64,000 bases of DNA from an uncultured cyanobacterium (GTDB lineage Bacteria > Cyanobacteriota > Cyanobacteriia > Cyanobacteriales > CAWCAG01). The DNA lies in contig CAWCAG010000005.1 in NCBI GenBank assembly GCA_963793425.1, positions 1,760,001 through 1,824,000 of the forward strand, read 5' to 3'. The notes under the pieces are model-generated. The model was not told the DNA's origin and made no database searches. It saw only the letters and a list, made by a program, of their open reading frames with translations. Both the position numbers and the translations under genes were made by a program. Shown here one piece after another: positions 1 through 8,250 of this stretch. Every line of letters begins with the position of its first letter. The first letter of the stretch is position 1.

Positions 1-475
1 GGCTAGAGGTCATAGGCGATGTTTCTCCGTCTTCCTCTACTGTAGCTTCTGGAACAGTAATTAAATTATTGAGGTGAGTTTCTAGCTGCTTGAATACTGG
101 CTCAACTTTGGCAAGAGAGTTCTGAGCAAATTCTGGAGTTAAACCCCCTTGAGCCGATAGTTTCTCGATTAGTTCTTGTAGAGTGATGAATAAACTCAGA
201 AAATAGGCTGCTAGTTTTTGGTCTGGCTCGAAGGAAGAATCTTGGAAAATGTTGAAGTAGTTTTCTAAGCGATGAGAGATTGCCTGAATACTCGTTAAGC
301 CTAACATTGCTGCTCCACCCTTAATTGAATGAGCAGCCCGAAATAGCTCGTCTACTATCTCTTGGTTTTGCAAAGTGTCAGCTAAATTCAGCAAACCATG
401 CTCTATGGTTTGAAGATGCTCTTGGGACTCCAAGATGAAGTAATGTGTTATTTTTCGGTGTTGTTCAGGTTGCAT
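1..475 (-). CDS. Hpt-domain (CheA-like) signalling protein, N-terminal part; continues beyond the window edge
   Basis: Manual translation from ATG at 475: MQPEQHRKITHYFILESQEHLQTIEHGLLNL...ELFRAAHSIKGGAAMLG, with the Hpt motif; frame open to position 1. Confidence 0.85.
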   Translation of the reverse strand, partial: MQPEQHRKITHYFILESQEHLQTIEHGLLNLADTLQNQEIVDELFRAAHSIKGGAAMLGLTSIQAISHRLENYFNIFQDSSFEPDQKLAAYFLSLFITLQELIEKLSAQGGLTPEFAQNSLAKVEPVFKQLETHLNNLITVPEATVEEDGETSPMTSS

Positions 476-810
476 AACCGCCCCTTCTTCCCTACATAGC
501 AAGTAGTTTGCTGAATATTGAGTTTTTTTGTGACCGTAGTGATTTTAAAGATAAATTACGGTTCTTTCCCCGACCTTAAGCCTAGCTATTTATCAGCTTA
601 GATTCAATTGCTCTTGGACAAGTTTCTTTATAACTAGCCATTTTAAGTTATTACTTTACCCGGAGGTAATCATGGTAATATTAATAGGATTATTTAACCT
701 TAAGATAAATTGCCTGTAATCCACCTATAGCTTAAATCTTCTCGGCACAGAAGCAATTGAAGAGACTTCTCTCAAAATAAGTTTCCTGAATTTGATTTAA
801 GTGATACTTT

Positions 811-1752
811 TTATTCTTCCACCCGATAACCAAACTCAGTTAAACGCATTCTCGATTGTCGCCATTTTGGTTGTACCTTAACAAACAACTCTAAATAAAC
901 TTTGCCAGTAATTAGCTTTTGGATTTGTTGTCTGGCGGCTGAACCAATTTGTTTAAGCATAGTTCCCTGCTTACCTATTAAAATTCCTTTCTGGGAACTG
1001 CGTTCAACATTAATAATAGCAAAAACACGGGTTAGTTGCGGCTGTTCTTCCACTTTCTCGATCACTATTGCCACAGAATGAGGAACTTCTTGGCGGGTTA
1101 GCAACAGAATTTGTTCACGGATTAATTCTCCCATGATAAATCTTTCTGGTTGGTCTGTAACCAAATCAGGAGGATAATAATAAGGCCCAGGTTCTAAATA
1201 ATCAACTAAGAGCTTTTGTAATTCTTTTAATCCTGTTCCTGTTAAAGCAGAAAACTTAACTAAAGGAATGTCTTTTTCTGTAATTAACTGGCTGTAACTA
1301 TCATCAAGGAGTTGGATATTATCAGACTGAAGGTCTGTTTTATTTAAACCTAAAACAACTGGAGTTTTCGTTTTTTCTAATAGTTCAAAAATGAAGCGAT
1401 CGCCTCCCCCAGCTTCTACAGAACTATCAACTAAAAAGAGAATTAAATCTACTGAATTTATAGCTACTTGAGCATTCTTAACTAATACTTTACCTAATTG
1501 GTGATGCGGTTTATGAATGCCGGGGGTATCAACAAAAATTATTTGCGCTTCTGAGGTGGTTAAAATACCTCGTAAGCGATTACGAGTTGTTTGGGATACC
1601 GGGGAAGTAATGGCTATTTTTTGTCCTACCAAATAATTCATTAAAGTAGATTTGCCTACATTTGGTCTACCGATGATAGCGACAAATCCTGATTTGAATC
1701 CTTCCGGTGCTTGGGGAATTAGATTGAGTTGTGGTGGTGGTTCGTTAGGCAT
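811..1752 (-). CDS. era: GTPase Era
   Basis: GRPNVGKS, DTPG and NKTD G-motifs; C-terminal KH domain (ILIGKQG). Confidence 0.97.
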   Translation of the reverse strand: MPNEPPPQLNLIPQAPEGFKSGFVAIIGRPNVGKSTLMNYLVGQKIAITSPVSQTTRNRLRGILTTSEAQIIFVDTPGIHKPHHQLGKVLVKNAQVAINSVDLILFLVDSSVEAGGGDRFIFELLEKTKTPVVLGLNKTDLQSDNIQLLDDSYSQLITEKDIPLVKFSALTGTGLKELQKLLVDYLEPGPYYYPPDLVTDQPERFIMGELIREQILLLTRQEVPHSVAIVIEKVEEQPQLTRVFAIINVERSSQKGILIGKQGTMLKQIGSAARQQIQKLITGKVYLELFVKVQPKWRQSRMRLTEFGYRVEE

Positions 1753-1770
1753 TTTATTAAGTAATAAGTT

Positions 1771-1980
1771 AAGTCCGATATGAAATCAATTTTATGTCTC
1801 AAACTCCAAGTCCGATATGAAATTAATTTTGCGTCTCGAACCCCAAGCCCGATATGAAATTAATTTTGCGTCTCGAACCCCAAGCCCGCCATGAAATCAA
1901 TTTCATGTCTCAAACGCCAAGTCGGTTTAAACCGACTTAATATATTAGACAGAGAATTTATTCTCTGGCTCTCTGGCTCT
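1771..1980 (+). repeat. Four tandem 37-bp hairpin units, then a palindromic core (AAGTCGGTTTAAACCGACTT, 1919-1938) and a second hairpin (CAGAGAATTTATTCTCTG)
   Basis: Units start at 1771, 1808, 1845 and 1882; consensus aag(t/c)ccg(a/c)(c/t)atgaaatcaatttcatgtctcaaac(t/c)cc. Confidence 0.95.
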
Positions 1981-2005
1981 GGTTAACTCTCTAGGCAAAA
2001 TTGAT

Positions 2006-2449
2006 ATGGCTTTTTGGCGTTTGTATTATCATTTGGTTTGGGCGACGAAAAACCGACAACCGCTAATTGACAATCAACGCGAAGCCAGACTTTATCCTTA
2101 TATTGTGAGTAAAGCTGATTCTGTGAATTGTATTATTCATGCCCTTAACGGTACACCAGATCATATTCATCTCATTGTTTCTATCCCTCCTAAAATAGCA
2201 GTCGCAGAATTTGTCAAACGCATCAAGGGTAGTAGCTCCCACTACTTAAATCAAACTTTCCCCGCTCCTCCTCAATTTGCTTGGCAAGAGGGTTACGGAG
2301 TATTTTCATTAGGTAGCAAACAATTAGATACTGGAATCGCCTATGTTGGAAATCAAAAAATACATCACCAACAAAGTACAACTATTTCTATGTTAGAAAT
2401 AAGCGACCACAACAATGATCCGCCTCAAAAACATAAAAGATCAGACTAA
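2006..2449 (+). CDS. tnpA: IS200/IS605-family Y1 (HUH) transposase TnpA
   Basis: YHLVWATKNR N-terminus, HUH motif DHIHL, KGSSS, WQEGYG, catalytic Tyr in AYVGNQ. Confidence 0.93.
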   Translation: MAFWRLYYHLVWATKNRQPLIDNQREARLYPYIVSKADSVNCIIHALNGTPDHIHLIVSIPPKIAVAEFVKRIKGSSSHYLNQTFPAPPQFAWQEGYGVFSLGSKQLDTGIAYVGNQKIHHQQSTTISMLEISDHNNDPPQKHKRSD

Positions 2450-2482
2450 TCACTATAAGAAAGCGATCACAACATTACCATC

Positions 2483-2938
2483 AAATCAATGTTGCGTCTC
2501 GAACTCCAAGCTCGACATGAAATCAATTTCACGTCTCAAACTCCAAGTCCGCCATGAAACCAATTTTGTGTTTCAAACTCCAAGTCCGCCATGAAACCAA
2601 TTTTGTGTTTCAAACCCCAAGCCCGCCATGAAACCAATTTTGTGTCTCGAACCTCAAGCCCGCCATGAAACCAATTTTGTGTCTCAAACTCCAAGTCCGA
2701 CATGAAATCAATTTCATGTCTCAAACTCCAAGTCGGTTTAAACCGACTTAATATATTAGACGGAGAATTTATTCTCTGGCTCTCTGGCTCAAACCCCAAG
2801 CCCGACATGAAATCAATTTCATGTCTCAAACTCCAAGTCGGTTTAAACCGACTTAATATATTAGACGGAGAATTTATTCTCCGGCTCTGACGGGCTGACG
2901 GGCTAACGGACTGACTGGCGGACTGGCGGACTGACTGC
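2483..2938 (+). repeat. Partial unit plus six 37-bp units, core palindrome (2730-2749), one more unit and core (2835-2854), then an 8-mer-like tail
   Basis: Units at 2508, 2545, 2582, 2619, 2656, 2693 and 2798; same orientation as the left array. Confidence 0.95.
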
Positions 2939-3225
2939 CTCTATCGGCTCTCTGCCTCTCTCTAGCTCTCCACAATTCCACCTCAGAGCTTCAAAGATCA
3001 TGCTCAACAACGAAAATCTTCTAGCTTTTTGCTCAATCACTGCTGCTCCAAGCTCCAAACTCCGAGGTGCGATCGCAATCGCTCACTCTACCTACCCAAA
3101 CTTTCCAGAAAATTGCTCCACATTTCCAGAAACCTAACTCGATATTTCCAGAAAATCACTCGAAACTTCCCCCTCAACACTCCACCACCAACATCATCAA
3201 CCAAATCATCCCACCTCATAACTCC

Positions 3226-3687
3226 TTACTCAATCTCCTTCCCACGGGCCTTACGGGCGAAGCGCTTACCCAACTCATCCAAAGCCTGATCCAGACCCCC
3301 TACAGAGTTATTCATCTTGGCGAAGTTATAAACTAACAGGGCTGCCGTGTAAGCTTCGCTACCCACCGCCATATAGGTATCATCTACCAGTTCGTGTAAT
3401 TGAGTCAGGGCCAAAAGAATAGGAAAAAGCTCTTCGGAAAGCTGCACATCCTTCGCCATCTCCTCAATGTCAAATGCTCTAGGTAAAATTCCTTCATTTT
3501 GTTGAGCAACTTCTGCCGCTTTTTTAACAAAGGCGCGGCTTTTATCTCCCATCTTGGGCAGGCTGCGGCGCTCCTCCGGCTCAAGATTAACCAAGAAAGG
3601 GAGCTTTTCCCGAATGGTCTTGATGGCATCCATGACAGCTTGTTTGTCTTCTGGGGTCAGGGTTGCACTAATACGGTTGTCGAGCAT
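3226..3687 (-). CDS. Hypothetical protein, predicted helical
   Basis: 153-aa ORF with ATG start and protein-like composition; no family confidently assigned. Confidence 0.8.
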   Translation of the reverse strand: MLDNRISATLTPEDKQAVMDAIKTIREKLPFLVNLEPEERRSLPKMGDKSRAFVKKAAEVAQQNEGILPRAFDIEEMAKDVQLSEELFPILLALTQLHELVDDTYMAVGSEAYTAALLVYNFAKMNNSVGGLDQALDELGKRFARKARGKEIE

Positions 3688-3849
3688 GGTCTTTTCAATA
3701 TTAGTTGTAGGAAAGAAAGCGGATAAGTTCGCTTATTTAAAATCTTAGTTCTTATATAGCAAATCTAGCCAATGAGATTGTGTAGAGTAACTTCAGATTA
3801 AAAGTTCTTGACAGATGCTAAATTTTAAATATAAGTCTAGGGTGAAATA

Positions 3850-4071
3850 GTGGAAAAACCAGAGGATAAACCAGCATCTAAGTTTAGGGATTTCTTAGTT
3901 CCCAACTTGCAAAACACATTGCAATCTGCGAGTTTTCAGCACAAGATAGGTAACTATCAACAAACAAAGCGTTTTCTTGATGCTGCTACTGAAGGATTGA
4001 AAAAATGCTACGAACAAAATGCTTTTGATGAAGCTGTTGCTGAGGAAGACCAAGAAAATGAAAAGAATTGA
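3850..4071 (+). CDS. Small hypothetical protein
   Basis: 73-aa ORF, GTG start, overlaps the next ORF. Confidence 0.45.
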   Translation: MEKPEDKPASKFRDFLVPNLQNTLQSASFQHKIGNYQQTKRFLDAATEGLKKCYEQNAFDEAVAEEDQENEKN

Positions 4072-4342
4072 TAGCTTTACGATTAGCCCTTGGACAGACT
4101 GGATTTATGGTGTCATCACCCAATCAAAAATCCAAGGAGAATTGTTAGAAGATTTTCTCACTCTTGTTTATAAACACTATGGGAAAGTTGTGGTAATTTG
4201 TCAGCCTCTAGAAAATGGCTATGCTTATACCTTTGCCCAAAAACAGAAAATAGTTACCCTTGACAGTCTATTGCAAATACTTTCGCGGCAAGAATTTGGT
4301 TGGACTGTTTCTAATGGGAATTCTTCATTCCCCACGCCCTAG
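4058..4342 (+). CDS. Small hypothetical protein
   Basis: ATG at 4058 (MKRIDSF...) in frame with track ORF 4019..4342; 14-bp overlap with the upstream ORF. Confidence 0.5.
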   Translation: MKRIDSFTISPWTDWIYGVITQSKIQGELLEDFLTLVYKHYGKVVVICQPLENGYAYTFAQKQKIVTLDSLLQILSRQEFGWTVSNGNSSFPTP

Positions 4343-4456
4343 CAAACTTAGTCTAGATTCCTTGGAAGCAGCAATTGTAGCAGCACGGAGTAAAACACTT
4401 GTTTCTCAAAAAGAGGGAACTGGAAACAGGGAATAGAGGTAACAAAACATACTCCC

Positions 4457-4532
4457 GTAGGTTGGGTTGAAGTCATGAAACCCAACACCATTAAGCTTTT
4501 CGTTGGGTTGCACTTTGTTTAACCCAACCTAC
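4457..4532. repeat. GTAG...CTAC inverted REP doublet (REPIN-like short dispersed repeat)
   Basis: gtaggttgggttgaa...tttaacccaacctac with internal gttgggtt/aacccaac hairpins. Confidence 0.8.
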
Positions 4533-4556
4533 CTTTGATACCAAGCCTATTCACTC

Positions 4557-4664
4557 AGCCCGCCAAGCCCGCCAAGCCCGCCAAGCCCGCCAAGCCCGCC
4601 AAGCCCGCCAAGCCCGCCAAGCCCGCCAAGCCCGCCAAGCCCGCCAAGCCCGCCAAGCCCGCCA
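4557..4664 (+). repeat. Perfect 9-bp tandem repeat (AGCCCGCCA) x12
   Basis: Counted directly. Confidence 0.97.
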
Positions 4665-4823
4665 AGGATTAAAATCCCTGGCTAATAGCTTAAGTCATCT
4701 TGAAGATGACTACCAACTGCTGGGATTGTTCAAAGAAAAATTGTTACCAGATTTCCAAAAACTAATCTTCTAGTCATGTTTAGATGACTTGTGCTGTGAG
4801 CATCAGAATTTATTCACGAGCGG
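4661..4823. repeat. Inverted doublet of a hairpin-plus-palindrome REP-like element
   Basis: gccaaggattaaaatccctggc, then agtcatcttgaagatgact (4693-4711); mirrored by agtcatgtttagatgact (4772-4789) and a degenerate gaatttattc hairpin. Confidence 0.75.
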
Positions 4824-4886
4824 TTTATGCTTACTAGCACCGAAATAACTCTGATACCATAAGAGCAAAAACTAGGTATAAGCTGC

Positions 4887-7800
4887 ATGGAAAGAGAGGA
4901 GTTGCTACGGGTAATTGAAGAGGCGGCTAGGACGGGAGCTAAGGAGTTGGATCTGGCGGGGCATGACCTGACGGAGTTGCCACCGGAGATTGGGCAGTTG
5001 ACCCAGTTGGAAAGTTTGGTACTGGGTAAAGTTGATCATGAAAGGAGAAAAATTCTTGGCAACAAGATTAAGAGCTTCCCTCCTGAAATAGTCCAACTCA
5101 CCAATCTCACCTCCCTTAACCTGAGTCGATAACCAGTTAACGGCACTACCAGCAGAAATAGTCCAACTCACCAACCTCACCGCGCTTTAACCTGAGTGGT
5201 AACCAGCTAACGGCACTACCAGCAGAAATAATCCAACTCACCAACCTCACCGAGCTTTACCTGGGTGGTAACCAGCTAACGGCACTACCAGCAGAAATAA
5301 TCCAACTCACCAACCTCACCTCCCTTTACCTGATTCGTAACCAGCTAACGGCACTACCAGCAGAAATAGTCCAACTCACCAACCTCACCTCCCTTAACCT
5401 GAGTAGTAACCAGCTAACGGCACTACCAGCAGAAATAGTCCAACTCACCAACCTCACCTCCCTTTACCTGATTCGTAACCAGCTAACGGCACTACCAGCA
5501 GAAATAGTCCAACTCACCAACCTCACCTCCCTTCACCTGGGTGGTAACCAGCTAACGGCACTACCAGCAGAAATAGTCCAACTCACCAACCTCACCTCCC
5601 TTGACCTGGGTCGTAACCAGCTAACGGCACTACCAGCAGAAATAGTCCAACTCACCAACCTCACCTCCCTTGACCTGAGGGGTAACCAGCTAACGGCACT
5701 ACCAGCAGAAATAGTCCAACTCACCAACCTCACCTCCCTTGACCTGAGTGGTAACCAGCTAACGGCACTACCAGCAGAAATAGTCCAACTCACCAACCTC
5801 ACTTCCCTTTACCTGAGTCGTAACCAGCTAACGGCACTACCAGCAGAAATAGTCCAACTCACTAACCTCACTTCCCTTAACCTGAGTGATAACCAGCTAT
5901 CGTCACTACCAGCAGAGATAGCCCAACTCACCAACCTCACCTCCCTTGACCTCCGAGGCAATCCCCTCCCCATTTCCCCAGAAATACTTGGCCCTAAAAG
6001 CCTTTTCGAGAAACCTGGGGATATCAACACCATCCTTAACTTCTACTTCGCCACCCAAGACCCCAACGCCACAGAAAAACTCTACGAAGCTAAATTCCTC
6101 ATCGTCGGTGAAGGGGGTGCAGGAAAAACTTCCCTCGCCAAAAAGATCCAAAACCCCAACTACGAACTCGACCCCGAAGAAGAATCCACCCACGGAATAG
6201 AAGTTATTCAATGGCGCTTCCCTTTGGATAATGGGCAAGAATTTCGCGCCAATCTCTGGGACTTCGGAGGACAGGAAATTTACCACCAAACCCACCAATT
6301 CTTCCTCACCGAACGCTCCCTCTACGCCCTGGTGGCCGATACTCGCCAAGAAAACACCGACTTTCCCTACTGGCTTAACTCCATCGAACTGTTCGGAGGA
6401 GATAGCCCCGTGTTGTTAATTAAAAATGAGAAGAATGACCGCCCCTGCAACGTTAATGAAGCAAGACTGAAAAGGGACTTTCATTACATCAAAGAAATCT
6501 TACCCACCAATCTCAAAGATGGTCGGGGCTTAGAAGAAATTAAAAATGCCATCCGCTACCACATTAGCCGCTTAGAATATGTGGGCTATCCCATACTGAA
6601 AAAATGGGTGCGAGTGCGCTATGCCTTAGAAAACGATAGCCGCAACTACATCGACCAACGGGACTACTTCGCCCTCTGTAAAGGAAACGGAGTCAATGAA
6701 CGCTCAGAAATGCTGCGGATTAGCGACTTCCTCCATAAATTAGGTATCTGTCTTCACTTTCAAGAAGACTCCACCCTCAAACATATTGTTATCCTCCGCC
6801 CCGAATGGGCTACTAACGCAGTTTATGCAGTATTAAAAAACCAGAAAGTTGCGGCGGCTAAAGGTTTGTTTACTCGCTCTGACGTCAAGGAATATTTGGC
6901 AGGAAAGGCAATATGCCTACATGGAAGATGAGCTACTGCGGCTAATGAAGAATTTCAAACTCTGCTACCCCATTCCCGGTTTAAAAGAGCATTACATTGC
7001 TCCTCAATTGCTAGAGTTTGAGCCACCGGATTATGAGTTTGCAGAGAATGATAATTTAATGCTGCGCTACGAATATGAATTTATGCCCAAGGGAATTATT
7101 ACCCAGCTTATTGTGCGGCTTTATCGTTGGATTGAACAACAGCAACTGGTCTGGCGTAGTGGTGTGGTTTTTAATAATGGTCGCGCCCGTGCTGAAGTTA
7201 TCGAAACCTATCGTCCCTATAAAGGAGAAATCTGTGTTCAGGTTTCCGGCATCCACAGTAAAGAGCTTCTCAGCGTGGTTACTAATGAGATTGACCAAAT
7301 TAATAGTTCTTTTGAAAGAATAGATGTTAAGAAAAAGATTCCCTGCAACTGTAAAGAATGTCAAAATGATCCTGAACCCTATTATTTTGATTTGGAAACT
7401 CTCTATCGCGCCCTTAATAAAAGGCGTTATGAAATTGATTGCCACAAAAGTTTTGAAGATGTCAATGTTCGTAATTTGACGGCTGTGGTAGAAAACAATT
7501 TCTTTTCAGGGGAAGATAAAAAACGAATTGAGCAAGAAGAGTTTGAACGCTTAAAAGAGCGGCATACTGAATATTATCAACCTAATTCTAAGACCATGAG
7601 TTCTAAATTCCACATCAGCGCCGAGAATGTGCAAATTGTTGAAAGTGTTGCTCAAGGGGATGCGGTTATTCACAAATACGCTGACAACCCCGAAGTAAAG
7701 ACAGCCCTCGATGAGTTGTTAATCTTCCTCAAAGATTTACAAGGGAAGCACCCCGACGCTAAACCAGAAGAAGCAGGAGAGATTCTCAAGGCTGAAATTG

Positions 7801-8003
7801 TGGAGATGAAGCAAACTCAACCCCAAGGTTGGCAGAAGTTTGTACAACAGCTTCGCAGCTTGCCCCAGGATATAAGAAGTCCTGAACGTATAATGCAAGC
7901 TAGCAAGTCTGCCCTAGTGCAAGTGACTACAGATTTAACGGATAATGTTTTTCTCAATGCTGGGGTAGCTTTTCTTGATGGTTTAAGTGGGGAACCAGAA
8001 TAA
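4887..8003 (+). CDS. LRR-Roc-COR (Roco-family GTPase) with C-terminal Cys-rich and helical module; three +1 frameshifts in this sequence
   Basis: N-cap, 13 LRRs, Roc P-loop GEGGAGKTS, STHG, WDFGGQE, NEKND, COR (LHKLGICLHFQ, WRSGV). Extra bases near 5127-5130, 5188-5191 and 6890 split it into track ORFs 4887-5132, 6224-6931 and 6849-8003; these may be consensus errors. Confidence 0.88.
5091..5962 (+). repeat. Tandem array of 69-bp LRR-coding units (12 full plus a capping unit)
   Basis: Units at 5091, 5161, 5231, 5300, 5369, 5438, 5507, 5576, 5645, 5714, 5783, 5852 and 5921; consensus (V/I)QLTNLTxLxLxxNQLTALPAEI. Confidence 0.97.
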
Positions 8004-8013
8004 TGAAATCACC

Positions 8014-8232
8014 AACCAATCTCATCTCTCAAACCCCAAGTCCGACACGAAATCAATTTCATCTCTCAAACCCCAAGTCGGTTTAAACCGACTTAACATA
8101 TTAGACAGAGAATTTATTCTCTGGCTGGCTCTGGCTGGCTCTGGCTGGCTCTGGCTGGCTCTGGCGGACTGGCGGACTGCTGGCTGGCTCTGGCCTGGCT
8201 GACTGGCGGACTGGCGGACTGGCGGACTGGCT
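8014..8232 (+). repeat. Third locus of the 37-bp unit plus palindromic core (8075-8094), followed by (CTGGCTGGCT) x4 and GGCGGACT repeats
   Basis: Direct match to the elements at 1882-1970 and 2693-2780. Confidence 0.93.
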
Positions 8233-8250
8233 CAAAGGAGAACTTCCAAC

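Larger units (their letters stand above)
1771..2938 (+). mobile_element. IS200-like / REPtron-like unit: Y1 transposase flanked by direct hairpin-repeat arrays
   Basis: tnpA without tnpB, with the same palindromic element on both sides; boundaries approximate. Confidence 0.7.

Noticed and set aside
2536..2890. ORFs 2536-2829 and 2702-2890, also 7987-8202
   Set aside because: Translations of the non-coding repeat arrays
1771..2938. 37-bp palindromic repeats as a CRISPR array
   Set aside because: Units are head-to-tail with a 37-bp period and no unique spacers; no cas genes in the window
5091..5962. Diversity-generating retroelement target (most variant codons could derive from AAC/AAT by A-to-N change)
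   Set aside because: Many scaffold adenines, including silent third positions (CTA, GCA, CCA), are invariant; AGG, GAG and GCG variants do not fit; no reverse transcriptase or template repeat in the window
4905..7445. Antisense and alternative-frame ORFs over the Roco gene
   Set aside because: Shadows of the repetitive coding strand; the Roco frames explain the sequence
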